From Callorhinchus milii (lineage: Eukaryota), in the NCBI RefSeq assembly GCF_018977255.1, contig NW_024704755.1, forward strand, positions 15,438,001 through 15,502,000: 64,000 nucleotides of DNA. Reading direction: 5' to 3'. A model generated the notes under the pieces. It worked only from the letters and a program-made list of their open reading frames with translations, was not told where the DNA came from and did not search any database. A program made the translations under genes and the position numbers. Below are positions 47,501 to 61,697 of this stretch, in pieces (the first letter of the stretch is position 1; every line of letters begins with the position of its first letter).

Positions 47501-50500
47501 GGCTAAATTGCCTTCTGTGCTGTAAATTTCTCTCGTTCAACCACAACAGATTTCATATATTCTTTGTATGGAAATTTCCGATGAAGCATGCAGTTAAATA
47601 TATACAGGGTGAGTTTCTGTGAGGATATTTGCATTTGTCACATCAATCACAACACATTAATCATTGACGCAACTATACAGGATGTCAGGTTTTCGTCACT
47701 GTCACATCTAATTTATTAAATTAATTGTTCTAATAAAAAACATTTACAATTAACTTAAATAAAATAATATATCTCACCTTTCCTTTTGTTTAATTGGCAT
47801 TGTTTCCCAACGATGATCAAAAGCAGCAGAAATACCAGCCCTCCAGCTGTACCTCCAGCGATCCATTTATAATGATCCTTAGCTACAAGAACAGCATAAG
47901 CTGAATGTGTTAGTGATCCCAGGAATGAGGTACAGCTTCAGTCACTGTGCAGTGCATCAGATTGGTGGAAGTTATCAAATGACGAAAATGTAATAACCGA
48001 TTTCAAAGGAATTATTTTCAATGGAGGTTCGGCAAGAAAACGATTATGATGACAATTTTCTGAATAAATAAATGTAAATATATTTTGAAAAACAATTCAG
48101 TTAACAATAAATGTCTTCAGGAAATTACCTGCGTAGGAATTAGAAACTGTGTTTAAATCAATTGACACACAATTTCCAGTAATAAGGTGTTTAACAACAA
48201 AAAGACATTAACGAAAGTAGGCATCTTACCTTCCAGTGCTGTGCTGGGGTTAGAAACGGTGAACTTGACAACCGCTGGAACCCGAAGGCTGATATGTGAT
48301 ACCAGACAGAGATAAACAACTCCGTTCTGTACAGACTGTGTCTCTTCCATAGAACTCGAAACTTTGTAAAGTCCCTTTGAATTCTTTTCTTTGGTGTCAT
48401 TTATCCCAGTTTTAACTTCATTGCCATTTTTATACCAAGTCAGCGTTACATCTCCCGGAAAAAACTCAGCCGTTTCACACACAAGTGTCAGAGACTTTGA
48501 TGAATCTCTTTCAGAAGCTCTGGGGAATATCTTCAGTGGGGTTGGGGGGACTGTAGGGCAGACAGTGGGGCAGAATCACGTTACTGGTGATCAGTTGAAT
48601 TATAAAACTTTATTTCACTTAAATTGTATAATAACTTTTCTTGGAACTTTATAACAAGGAATCTGGATTGTAACGGCAAGAAAGTGCAGTTTTAAAAATT
48701 GTTCGCGTCTTTTGTTTGGAATGATGTGTTCAGTTTAGGAGTTATAGTAGCCTTGGAGGGGCTAAAGAAGTGAAGGAGTTCATAATCTTAATATTGTGGT
48801 CTCAGAAATGAAATGGAACCCTTCTCATCACATGGAATATTGTGATGTTGTGTACTCCAGTCCCAAAATTGGCCTTAGATGCAGAGTTAAGTTGGATATT
48901 TATATTTATAAGGGTCATAGATAATACTTTTAAAGCATTTTGAGAGTGGTGGATAAACTGGACTAAAATCTCTGGCACCATTCTAAAGCAACAACAACCT
49001 GAATATATATAACGTTCTTCACACAGGATAGTGACTTTGGATGCAGATTTAAATGGAGATTTCACAATGAATGGAGACATAAGCAAATCCTCCCCATTCA
49101 CACCAACATTCATTTTGTTCTGCTGTATTTCTTTAAATTCTATAAGTTTCCAACTAATTGATGACAGTAACAGAAGGTAATTCAAAACCGTTTCATGCTA
49201 TTTGTGGAATATTGATGTGCGTAAAATGTTCAGGTTTTAGACATATATGAAAATCAGTAAATTGTAATTGCCTGGCCGCAGGTGCAAGAGGTTCTGATGA
49301 ATAATAATCCTAATAATAATTCTTATATTCGATGGATCTTTTCATGCCGAGAAGATCGTCTCAAAGCATTTCACAGGATTCACTGTAAATTGTGGCGATT
49401 TTGCATTTTTGTGGAGGAATACAGCAGCCAGTTTTCCACACAGCAATGTACCACAGATAGTCATGAAGTACATACCCAAATTTAACTGGTGGATTCATTG
49501 TCCAGAACACAGCGAAGAAGACTAACACTTCTATTTACAACTAGTACCACGGGATCTTTAACATCTGTAGGATTCTGTAATTATTGTGTTAAATAATATC
49601 TCAAATGCTTGGAATTGCGAAACATATTCCTGCTTCTAAAGAAGGAAGATCATGATTACGAGTTAAACAACTCTAAACGTACAAAAATACTTGGATACTT
49701 TTGGGTGATATTGAACTGGAAACTGTACAGAAATACCTTGATACTTTTTGATGGAAAAATACTTGGATTAAAATGGACGTTAAATTGGACATTGCTCCTC
49801 TATCTTTCCCGCAGCATTTGATGTGATCAACTTGAATCATTGTGAACTGCGTTATAACCGGACCCTTAAGCATAATTGGATGTATACTTTTAATTACTTA
49901 TAACCATTATTAATCTGAATGAATAAAGATTGATTAATTGTACAATATTTGTGACAGTACTTACTTCACCGCAGTGTCATGAATTTAAAGTAACCGTTAC
50001 ATATCCACCTCAACAATCACAAGGGACCTCGGTTTAACGTTTCACCCAAATAGTGGGAATCCACAGATCGATTCCCTCGCATTGCATTGAATTATCAATC
50101 TCCATACATGATTTCAGGATAGAACCAATAATAATCCCTCCAAAACCAAAAACAATAATAAATTGGTCATTTTCAATCTACTTTGTGGGACATTGCTGTG
50201 CGCAATTGGCTGCTGCGTTCTCCCACAAATCTACAGTCAATTCACTTTACGGTGTGTTCTGTGAAGCACTTTGGGCGTCCTCCTCACGTGAAGAGCGCTA
50301 TATCAAATGCAAGGATTATTATTTTATTAACCAAATATCAGAGTAAAGTTCTAGTGATTGCGGTATGGAGGGAAATAAATGTTTGCAAGCATTGCTTAAC
50401 GCAATTATTCAGCAATTCAACTTCCCATTTTGCTGGGGTTGATATGCTCGCCGGCTCAGATCAGTACAATAACGAAGGGGGAAAACTTTGGTTGAATAAT

Positions 50501-51218
50501 ATTCTGTTGTTCAATGTGTTTCATATTGAAATTAAACCTGTTCCTGTGTGCTGTGGAATCTTGTTTTTGGATGAGAGTAGAGAATTAAACAAATCATTTA
50601 CCCCATATCGATTTCACAATGTGGCAATACTCACCTTTCAACATTCTCTGTCACTATTGTACTCACACTTACCGCGTACAGTTAAACGTGATCCAGTTCC
50701 ATTTCCTACTGCTTTCCCCAGTTGGATTACTGCACAGAGATAGACACCTGAGTCGCGGAAAGTCACATTTAGGAGCTGGAATGTTTGGGAATTGAATATT
50801 TTCCTGTTGTCAGGTTTTGTGTTCAAGTATTGACTCTCTCCTCGTTTCCACCAGAAAACTGTAATGTCTGAACTTTGTTGATCAGTGACAGCCCAGCAGG
50901 TGAATTTAACGTTGTCACCTCGCAATGCTGTCGTTGCTATAGGATATTGACGCACGTCCATCGATGCATCACCTGGAACTGTCATGAAATGAATTAACCT
51001 ATAATTAGTGATTAAACAGAGGAATAAACGCGACAAAATCAAATGCAGAGAGCGAGAGAAAGATGGGAGAAAGTTCGAGGAAAAAAAGTATTTTCGATAC
51101 AAATTTTAGAACTTTTCATCTATATCATTTTGTATTAAAATGTGCTGCAGTAAAGTTACATACCTGTGGCAATAATCCCTATTAGACAAATATAGGATAT
51201 CACATCACTCGCCATCAT
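44515..51218 (-). CDS. Gene D: inhibitory-type VJ-C1-TM receptor, 353 aa, truncated by a nonsense codon in the last exon
   Basis: Exons: L 51164-51218; V 50673-50978; C1 48230-48550; TM 47778-47882; cyt1 46711-46754; cyt2 46191-46301 (VAYVAL); cyt3 45631-45741 (VTYAKV); cyt4 starts at 44523 with ACC AAG TAA. The ancestral frame stays open to 44350 (TAYAEL). Confidence 0.85.
44628..45305 (-). mobile_element. CR1 3' fragment in the last intron of gene D
   Basis: ORF 44913-45116: NVKKCEVVHF...VQRNLG...ATQFNKAIKKANQALGLIS. Absent from the equivalent intron of gene B. Confidence 0.7.
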
Positions 51219-54200
51219 TGTGATCGGTTGTTAAGACTCACCCTGAACCAGTTGTTAGGTGTAACAAACGTTTGCTGACTGTTTAATATGAAATATCTCG
51301 CAGTGTCGTTTAACTTCCTGTGTCTGTAGTTCAGAGATGAGTTGGATGCGATTGGCAAAGAAAGTTGTGCCTTTCAATAGTAAGTGGAATCACTTCTCAG
51401 ATCGGCAGGAAAAGGGAGGGTTAAATATCGTCATTGTCTGTGGTTATTTTCTGGGTATTGCATTATTTCTTAAGTTTCATAGTAAACATTCACGTTTATA
51501 ATAAGTAACTATAAGAAAATAAAGCTTAAATACAGAGCTAAGGAAACAACATGCTCTTCAGTTCAACAATGATGATAATCCTCACATTTGATTTATTGCC
51601 TTATTAGGTTGTATATACTGTAAAGTGAATTGACTGTACATTTTGTGGATGAAACGTGAATAAAGCAAAGGTTAGTTTGTTGTAGCCTAAAACTGAGATT
51701 AAATAAATTTCCAGAACCCAGAGATACCCAGAGAACCGGTTTCACTTCAGGAGCAATTCTATGAGATCATTAACTTACACCTGAATAGGCAGTGAGGACC
51801 TCGTTTCAAGGTCTCCATAAGATCATAATACGTAGTTGCAGCCATTTGGCCCCTCGAGGCTCTCCCGCAATTTAATAAGATCATGGCTGATCTTCTAACC
51901 TCATTCCATTTATCCGCCCTTTCTCCATATCCCTTAAACCCCCTATCCTTTCGTACTCATCTAAAGGATAAGAACAACTTGGATATATATAGCGCCCATC
52001 ACATGGGATAGTGACTCCGAGGGTCTGCAACAACAGCTACGACAATGCAGAACTCAGCCATTACAGTATTGGTGCTTCAGCCTAGAATTTTAGCTCAATG
52101 TTTCGACTTTCGACTTGAACTGACAAACTTCTGATTGAGAGGGAACATCAGAACCGTGTTGAGAGAAGGGAAAGATAGAGCGGAAATAAAGATGATATTT
52201 GTCCCTGTGATGACCATCACACGTTAGCAGATTTGAGTCACTTTTTTCTAGAATTGTCAAACACCGATTTATGCCTCGAGGCGTCCACCCGATTTGAAAG
52301 GCTGTATACAAATGAAATTTGTTGTTGTTGATTTCTGAGATTAAGTGGTGTGGAGAAAAGAAAGGAGCAAAAGAGGAAAACATTGTAACTGTATCGAAAT
52401 GAACTTGCAAACATTGATGGATCCTGAGTTATAGGATGAACAGATAAGTTTAAACATCATATATGTAAGACAGACAGGTACAGTAAGACAACTTTCATTA
52501 TGTCTGATTTTGATGGATTGGAACACGCGATATGTATTATGATAGAGAGTTGGTTGCTGTGACACTGATTTCCGGTTCCTTTGAGTTTGTGAAATGTAGC
52601 TGGTGAGGTGGGTGCAATGTGAAACCACACGTCTACAAAAACAATGTGAAAATAACAACACATCCTATTTATAGCAGAGAAAAAGCTGCACACCTATCTA
52701 AACATGAAGAAAAAGGTTCAGTGTCAGTATTGAGCTTGCGGTGTTCTCTGCAATGGAAAAGGTTGTTTTGATCATCAAGGCATCGAGTTAGTAGTTTCAG
52801 TAACATACCAATTCAGTGGAGTACCTCTTCTCAGAGAGAGAAACTGAGTCAGAGAAAGAGACAGAGAGATGAAGAGAGTGACTGGGAGAGAAATAGAGTG
52901 ATTGAGAGAGAAAGAGAGAGAGAGAGAGAGAGGGGGGAGAGAATGTGCGAGAAAATATAAAAAGTGTCCTCCCACAGAGTCCTCCCAAAAGGAGTTCTGT
53001 CCGAGGACAGAGCGAGGACCATTCTATCCATTATGGTTTTGGCCTCCAGAGTTAGCAAGAAGATATCTCGCTCTCAGTGATAGATCTGAACAGACTTGAC
53101 TGCAGCATTCTTTCGCCAACCAAAATACATTGGATGTATGTCAGCCACAAGGAGACTCGGTTTGCTTCCTCCCATCAAATCCAGTCTTTCGTGGCAATTA
53201 CATAACCATTCAGTGGCAGTTTACAGTCAGCATTGTATGGATAACAGATACCTGGAATTCCCTTAGAACCTCTTTGTGAGCAGTACAACTAGGCATTGAA
53301 TGTGTGAGAGAATAGAGCCCCAACCTCATGCTCCTCTTGGCACACATTGGTAACAATTGACTGTTGGCTGAACCAGTTGTCCCGGTGCTGTTTCACTGAA
53401 GTATTGAGTGAATCAATGAACAATAAACAATCTCAAGATTTTTTTAAATAAAAGTTTCTGTTAAAGCAGAGCAAACAGACAGTATCGCCCACAACACACA
53501 CAGCTACAAAACTTATATCCTGCAGTATATGCTGCAAAACACTTTCTGACATTGTGACCACGTGATAAGGTACAGTATCAAATTCATAGTTATGATGAGA
53601 TATGACTTTGAAGTAAACTCACAGCACAGCTCTGGCTGCACTTGTGGTGAACCAGGACAAAGGCGTAGATCTCCAGAACGTCTCATGTCGTTAGACCGCA
53701 CATCTGACATTGCACTAATAGTGAAATATTGTGCCCAATAGGTGCAGCTACTTTGAAAAGCAATTAATGCGAAAGCCACTAATAAATAGAAATGTTTAAT
53801 GAAGTACTCTATTTTGAATTTGAGAGAGTGATTCACTTGTAATGCAATTAATTATTGACATTTTCAAAAACAGCAGAACCATTGGGGCTTTATCTCTTAG
53901 TTGTTCATGTCAGCTCTATTCTTAGCAGATATGGTCAACGCCCATACCACAATTTTTCACTGGGTTGGATGATTTGCACCATATGTTGTTGACCAACTTT
54001 TACACTAGCCTAAGTGTTGTTTCACTGATACTGAAGAGACAGAGTGACTGCTTCGAACAATTTCTGTTTTTATTGATTAAAAGGCTGATTGAACGTGTTA
54101 AACAATAGTTCTTAAACTACATACACTGGGTTTAGTTTGTGGCTGTTAAAATGCTATTTTTTAATGAAATTATTCAGTAGTGACTTTTACAAATCTTATC

Positions 54201-54759
54201 TGATTCATATCAAAAATACCTTTGGCAATTAATTATGGATTATAAATATAGCCAGCAATATTTTTCAAGAGATTTCCAAAAGATATATAATTTATTAATA
54301 AATGCAGTTATGGTTGAATCAGATGCTGAAAGAAAATCAGCACAGAACTAAGATGCAAATTACTTGGTATGGTGGAAAACTACATCAAATATATACCAAT
54401 ACCCGTTTCTGCGCCTGTTGCTTTATTTAGAATCCTGCAGTTAGCTGCTGCTGCTCCTCCGTGGTTTCTCAAATGTAGTTCTGCATACTTTTTATTCTAA
54501 AAGGTACATTTAGGTTTTCCTGGTTTCTTGGAAGTTTATAAATCCAGAAAAGCACACGTTAGATTGTTCCCGGCTGACCTTTGCGTGGTCTGAGAAGGCA
54601 ATGTTTGAGTACTTAATTACATTCATTTGTTTTTCTTCAGTTTTCAGAAATCTCCTCAAATATTTGCAAATTTGAATATGTTACAGCCTTGCCACATAGA
54701 TGTCTAGTTACTCAACTATAACTAGTTATGATAAGTTACTCCTCCTTACAGAACTCAGA

Positions 54760-55680
54760 TAAACAGATTGCAGCAGACACAATAAAAAATACAATGCAAA
54801 ATTACATTTGTATAGCGCCTTTCACATCAGGAGGAAGTCCCACTGCAATGGAAAGTCAGGGATTTGGAACCGAGTTATGGGGGTTAGGATCATGGAGGGT
54901 GGAGATCACGGAGGTTAGGAGGGTGACTGAAAACATGGTGGAAGAGGTGGATGTTCAAGGAGGCAAGGGAGAGAATTAGGTGGAGGGACTATGGGATAAA
55001 GTAGGGGCAGAGAGGCTGAAGGTCCATCCGCCAATGATGTGTCGGGAAAGCGGGGGACGTGAAGCTGGCCAGAGCCCACTGAGCAGAAGGAGTGGACATG
55101 TTGGTAGGCATTTAGCAGGTCACAGAAGTGGGGAGAAACAAGACCATGGCGGGCTTTGAAGCTGAGGACCAGGATCTTGAAAGCTATCCTCTGAGTGATG
55201 GGGAGCCAGTGGAGCCAGGCAAGGATTGGAATGATAGGGATGCGGAGTCAAGTGTAGATGAGGACATGAGCTTCAGTGCTCTGGATTATCTGTAGCCTGT
55301 GGAGGATGGAGTTGTGGAGGGCGACAAGCAATGACTTTTTTTTAATCCACCCTGGATGTGATCAATGGTTGATCAGGGCCTCGGCGGCCTGGGGTGAGAG
55401 AAAGTGGCAGAGCTGCAAAATATTGCGGAGGTGGTGAAAGGCAGAGCGAGTTATGGCACAAATGTGGGGGCTGAAGTATAGTTGAGGAGAAAAGTACGCC
55501 AAGGTTCCGAATTGGATCCGTGAGGTATAGAGTCCATCCATGAAGGGTGATGCTGTCAGTGCCAGTGGTATGAATGCGCTTACCATAGCCAAGCAGGAGA
55601 GTCTCCGTCATGTTATATTCGACTGGAGGAAGCTTGCTCTCATCCATGACTTGATGTCCGTCTGTGAGGACAGCAGTGCT
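54760..55680 (-). mobile_element. Degenerate L2 fragments
   Basis: IRNLGVLFSS...ITSRVD; LHWLPITQRIAFKILVL; SINE/L2-type tails at both ends. Confidence 0.6.
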
Positions 55681-56289
55681 CCTATTAATAACAATAATAA
55701 TAATAATAATAATAATCCTTGCATTTGATATAGCGCTTTTCACATCGGGAGGACGTCCCAAAGCGCTTCACAGAACACACAGTAAAGTGAATTGACTGTA
55801 TATTTGTGGGCGAACGCGGCAGCCAATTGCGCATTTGATAGAGCACCTTATCACATCATCGAGTCATCTCAAAGCGCTTCACATGATATACTGCAAAGTG
55901 TAGTGACTCTATATTTTTATTGGTTCAGAATTAGTTGCACGTCGATATCAACCATTGGCTAGGAAATAAAATTGAAAATCAACCAATGTAGCATTTTTTC
56001 ATTGATTTGCAGAGAAGTGGTTTGTTCAGATCTCTGAATGTGATGTCCCAGTGCCTCATAGATTAATACACGCAATAACGAGTCTTACGCAGAAGGCACA
56101 ATTATCTGTCTGAACGGTGGCGGATTGCTGCCACCATATCACAGCTCAGGTCAGCGACAGGGAGAGAAAATATTAGTGAGGAAAGAAAGACTAACCACAG
56201 GAAAAAACAACAGTTGATAATAAACAATGGATTTTTGCTGTATATAATGATAGTAATAATAATCCTTGCATTTGATATCGCGCCCACAA

Positions 56290-57120
56290 TGTAACATTGA
56301 GTTTATTTGAAGTTTTCTATTGAATGATATGCTGGTTGTACCCGTTGCAGGTTTGCTTGCAGCCAAAGGTCGAAAAGGAAGATTTTCAGGCTGGACATGA
56401 AAAAGGGGAGAGAGGGGGCGAAGCAGAGGAATTGTGGGAGAGTTCTCCACTGTTCTGGGGCATAATAGCTTGACCTCCGATCATGGAGGGACAAGTCAGA
56501 GGCCAGTGCCAGTCGAGCAGAGGCACCGGCTGGTAAATTGGGAGTGAGGAGGTCGGAGAGCTATGGAGGTGCCAGGAAGTGAATGGATTTGAATGTGAGA
56601 TTGAGGATCTTGAATTTGATCCATTTGGTGATGGGGAGCCAGTGGAGCCTGGCCAGAACTGGTGAGAATGGGTCCTCGTAAGTATGCTGGCAGCAGGGTT
56701 CTGAATGAGTTGGATTTTTTGAATTGTGGAGCTGGTGAGGAGTGAGTTTGAGTAATCCAGGCGGGTGAAGACAAACGTATGCATGAGGGTTTCGGCTGCA
56801 TTTGGGGAAAAGTACGATCAGAGACGGGCAATGTGGTGAAGGTGGCGGTAGGCGGTCCCGGTCAGGGAGTGGATGTGGGGGAGCAAGGACAGCAAGGGGT
56901 CAAACCGGACTCTTAGATTGTGTAATGGTTCGGTAAATCTGAGGGAGAGTTCAGGGAGGTTGAGGAGTTTATACCCGCAGGAATGAAGACGTTGACGGGA
57001 GCCCAATGTTCTGCCAGACAAGCTGATTAAACATCGGTGGACCTGGAGTCATTGCTGGAGAAGGCAAAGTAGATTTGTTTGTCATACACATACATGTGAA
57101 GTAGAGGGAGAGGTGTGACC
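56290..57120 (-). mobile_element. Degenerate L2 RT fragment
   Basis: HTFVFTRLDYSNSLL...IQLIQNPAASIL; NLRVRFDPLLSLLPHIHSLTGTAYRHLHHIARL. Confidence 0.7.
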
Positions 57121-57600
57121 GACGTTGAGCTGCAGCAATGCGTTCCAGTATTTCCCCTCATGCTCCAAGTTCTTCTCCAACCGCAAAGAGACATCCTTAA
57201 CCGTGGCACCACGAAGGCAAATCGTGACTCCTGGTTGCGGCTGCAGAGAAGAGTATCTGTCCTCCTGACTGTATCGTCCCCTGTCACAACCATATTCCTT
57301 TTGCTCCCCCCACTTGTGTGGCCTCCTGTGCAGGGGCGCTTGGCCAGTTTGCCCATCCTCCCTACAGACTTCCTTACCCGCACATGTTGCAAGTACCTCG
57401 TACCTGATGGACACGTTTAAAGCCCGAGGCTCCTCCACCACTCCCTCTGGGGGCCCCTTACCTGCCTGACTGTCAGTCACGCCATCCTGTCCCTGACCAC
57501 TGACGAGATCTGGACACCTACTGATCCCTTAGTTGCAGACAGTTGCTGCAGATGTAGCTCCCGGGCTCAGGCTTCTCTCCACAAACTGCCCTTTGCTGTA
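57110..57600 (-). mobile_element. CR1 ORF1 (SGNH esterase-like) fragment
   Basis: RYEVLATC...VVTGDDTVRRTDTLLCSRNQESR and GATVKDVSLRLEKNLEHEG across frames. Confidence 0.6.
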
Positions 57601-57688
57601 GCTGCCACACACCTGCCCTGCCATCCTGCCCTCACACTGCCCTCACAGCCATGCCACTTATTGTCCTCGCTCTCTCTCTCTCTATCCT

Positions 57689-58313
57689 NNNNNNNNNNNN
57701 NNNNNNNNNNNNNNNNNNNNNNNNNNNNNNNNNNNNNNNNNNNNNNNNNNNNNNNNNNNNNNNNNNNNNNNNNNNNNNNNNNNNNNNNNNNNNNNNNNNN
57801 NNNNNNNNNNNNNNNNTGTCTCTCTGTCCCTCCCCCCTCCCCCTCTCTCTTTCTCTCTCTCTCTGTCCCTGTCTCTCTCCCCCTCTTTCTCTGTCCCCCT
57901 CTCTCTCTTTGTCGCTCTCTGTCCCTCTCCCCCTCTTCCNNNNNNNNNNNNNNNNNNNNNNNNNNNNNNNNNNNNNNNNNNNNNNNNNNNNNNNNNNNNN
58001 NNNNNNNNNNNNNNNNNNNNNNNNNNNNNNNNNNNNNNNNNNNNNNNNNNNNNNNNNNNNNNNNNNNNNNNNNNNNNNNNNNNNNNNNNNNNNNNNNNNN
58101 NNNNNNNNNNNNNNNNNNNNNNNNNNNNNNNCCTCTCTCCCTNNNNNNNNNNNNNNNNNNNNNNNNNNNNNNNNNNNNNNNNNNNNNNNNNNNNNNNNNN
58201 NNNNNNNNNNNNNNNNNNNNNNNNNNNNNNNNNNNNNNNNNNNNNNNNNNNNNNNNNNNNNNNNNNNNNNNNNNNNNNNNNNNNNNNNNNNNNNNNNNNN
58301 NNNNNNNNNNNNN
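57689..58313. other. Assembly gaps/masked bases inside a CT-rich tract
   Basis: N runs at 57689-57816, 57940-58131 and 58143-58313, flanked by (CT)n. Confidence 0.95.
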
Positions 58314-58999
58314 TCTCCCTCTTACTCCCTCTCTTTCACTTTCTCTCTTTTTTCCAGCGATGTCACCTTGACGTTCCTTGTTGTTTTCCCACTGTTTGTA
58401 TAATCTTCGCTCTCCTCCCGAATCAGTGACTGCGGAGCTGCGCTCGGCTTTCCACCTCCTGCTCTGTCCCCGCTCTCCTCCCCGAATTCTGCTCTTCAAT
58501 GTGTTTCATATTGAAATAAAACTTGATCCTGTGTGCAGTGCCATCATAACTTTGTATCAGGTCGGAAATTAAACAAACAGTTTGCCCATAACGCTTTCAA
58601 AATGCGCCAATGCATCGCCTTTCAACATTCTCTGTTATTACTGTGTTCACACTTACTATATACAGTTAAACTGTGATCCAGTTCCATTTCCTACTGCTAT
58701 TCCCTGAAGGACCACATCACTGTGGGGAGACCTAGAAAAATATAAAATAATTATTTAAATGTAAAAATAATAATTGTTAGATTTGGTTTCACACCTTTCA
58801 ACTTGAGAGGACATCTCAATAATCTTCACAAGATAAATGTGGTTTTGTGAGAGAACATGGCAGACAGTTTGCACACAGCAATGACCCAATAACTGCCATT
58901 ATCTTATTTGGGTGGTGGTTGGCCAGAACACTGGGAGAAAGGACAGCTTCCTCCCAACCACCAGTTTCTACCACTGCCAAGATAGTGAGTCGCCCAAGC

Positions 59000-59467
59000 A
59001 GTGAGCGAAAAAGTGAGAGAGCGACTGAGGAGGGGGTGTATTGGGTTGGGGGGAAAGAGAGATAGTGATTGCATCGGACAGTGTGTGAGAAAAGAGAGTG
59101 GGAGTCAGCATGTGAGAGAGAGGTGCGAGAGAGTCAGTGACAGAGAGGAGCGGATAGCAGAGAGAGAGTGGGAGCAGAGATAGATAGCAAGAGAGCAATT
59201 GTGGGATCGATTGTGCGGCGAGAGAGAGGGTATGTGGGAGTGGGGGCGAGTGAGAAAGACATTGAGAGTTGGATGTGTGTGTGTGAGGGAGATTGAGGCG
59301 GGGATGTGACAGAAGGAGAGAGATTGTATGAGAGGGTTGATAGTGTGGGACAGAATGTTCCGAGAGGGAGTGATTGAGAATAATGCCGAGAGTGAGAGGG
59401 GGAGAGAGTGTATGTGCGGTAGAGAGAGTGAGAGAGATAAGGGGGAGAGAGTGATTGAGAGAAGGAG

Positions 59468-59505
<38 letters not shown>
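59000..59505. repeat. GA-rich polypurine tract (cassette 3)
   Basis: Direct observation; ends in a pure (GA)n run at about 59470-59502. Confidence 0.8.
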
Positions 59506-59507
<2 letters not shown>

Positions 59508-61697
59508 AGTGATGGCTGCGTTTCTTGGTTCACTGTAGGACAGACAGACTATTGTCGCCGCTCTCGGCCATTGTGGAGAGACCGAGGACAGACACCGAGT
59601 GAATTGCTGTGCAGTTTTCTCACAGAAAGCAAAAGCTCAGTTTCCCCGATGTCCTTCAGCTCTTCCCCATCTCCCCATCCTATCACAGTGACCTCCCGAC
59701 ATTGCCCTTCCAGAGCGAATACCAGCTTTGCTTCAGGCCTCTGAACCCCATCTGCCCAACCATCACCATTTGCTCTGTTCTCTGGAGCTCCATTTTCACA
59801 GTCACTCCGAATCGTTCATTTCCCTCTTTCAAATCACATGAAGAAGTAGATGCCCACACTTTCGGTCATCGTAGACACCCCATCCTGCCCCCCCCCCCCC
59901 CCCAACTTGGCTTCCACTCCCATGTATGTTTAAAAGGAATGGCTACATGTCATAATAAATACTCACGGAACGAGTGTCATTCCAATATGGAAAAAAGCTT
60001 AAATGAGGATTAAAGGAGCTGCATTTTACATTCTAAGGTTAGTTTCAGACCATATCACTGAACCAAACTCTAATGAATAAAACCAACAGAGTATTAAGCG
60101 CTCTGGGGCGCTATCCCACGTGATTCTAATATTCTAATGTTCTTATGTTCTTTTGCTCTTTTTGAATTGTTGTTGTTGATGTCGAAATTACAGGCACATC
60201 AGAAAATATATCTAAAAATATATCTCAACGGAAACATTGGATGCAGTTAATATATTTCCGAATGTCCCAGACATTGCTGTCCCCTGGGGCAATGACAAGC
60301 GATCGTTGACTAAACAGCCACATTGAATTTCATTGAACATTTTATTTATTGCAATTAAAAATGATGAAATCAAAGCTGTTACACAGAACTTTGTTGGATA
60401 TTTTCAGCAAATGATATTACAGATGTCACTCAAACATACAAGAATACCTTTATTCTTTGCAAAGTCATAGCCATCATCCTTACTAATCACCAAAAGCTCT
60501 CCGGTAACACAATAAATTATGTAGTTCATGATACCTGGCGATCAAGTTCTCATGTGCCAACGAGTGCAATGTAAAAAAAATGAAACTTGGCGTAGAATGA
60601 AAACTTGACTCAGTTTTCTGGTGCCCAAATGTAAAAGTTTGCCAATCTAGAAACAAATAACATAATAATCCGGGATATGTTTTAAATTACGCTAAAACAG
60701 AAACATGTGTTTTTAAAGGGCTGAAACGTGTGAATTGTTTATGCGGTCCAGTGAAATAACGCAAGAGGAATATAGATCGAAGTGTAGAGCCTTCTCGATC
60801 CTTTTATGGGGAAGATTCTGTGGCTACTGGGACACAGATTTATTAACAATATCAACATCATTTTCGGCAGCGGCAGAGAAAGCAAAACTTGATCACCAAT
60901 TGATCTGCAACTAGACTCCAAGGTATGTCCCGAAGTTATTTTAAAAACACTATACTGGTTGCGTTTGGTGTATTATATTTTATTAGTAATTGTCGGTTTA
61001 TTGGTGCCCAATTGGCCAAACTGATACACAATATATTGACTTGGGTCGACGAAGAAAGTCTGGGAAATTGCTAATATTTAATGGGTTAAAAGAAATAAGA
61101 GGTGATATTCTAGATATATTCCAATTCCTAAATGCTACAAAACAAATGCATTCAAATATGTTTGATATAATATACCAGTCCATCATTTATAATGTTCTGT
61201 TACTTCCAGTCAGTGTATCCCATCGCCATAATTCAATCACCACTAACCGTTTCTTCCTGACTTCTTCTATAACAAAATAAACAGTGCAATTGTGAATATC
61301 ACCAGTCCTTTCATTCTATCATTATTTGTACGCTTTTCACCCAAAAATAATTTACAACGCGACCGTAAACGTAAAATGTTTAACTTTATTTCAAACGGCA
61401 GTTAAACATATTGAGACAACACAAATTTCATTTATATATCGCTTTTCAAGTTGGAAGGACGTCTGAGAGCGCTCGGCTCTGTTGGTTGAGCTTCCGAGCT
61501 GGAGATGGAAGGCAAATATGACATATGCATGATTTCATTTGTCTATAAGACGATATTAATTTATTATAACACGGTATATATTTTCAAATTATGTTCAAGA
61601 ATGTTCAGCCTCACGAAGGCAGAGCTTATGAATGACGATAATAACATTAATGTGATAACCATGTAACAGAGTGGAAGTTATTACACGAATATAACGT

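Larger units (their letters stand above)
54420..58735 (-). pseudogene. Inhibitory-type pseudogene remnant (terminal exon plus V 3' fragment)
   Basis: Terminal exon 54420-54589 has an intact acceptor but in-frame stops at 54536-54538 and 54497-54499. V-exon 3' end at 58657 to about 58735 (VVLQGIAVGNGTGS plus frameshift, donor gtaagt), with downstream intron matching gene A. C1, TM and cyt1-3 not found. Confidence 0.7.

Noticed and set aside
58657-58745. Isolated J-like segment with an adjacent heptamer (CACTGTG at 58718-58724), suggesting RAG-type rearrangement
   Set aside because: The position 12 bp away reads aaaatataa (4/9 nonamer match) and there is no match at 23 bp. The heptamer aligns with the CTCTGTG of the YLCAV codons in intact V exons, so a mutated V remnant is the simpler explanation.
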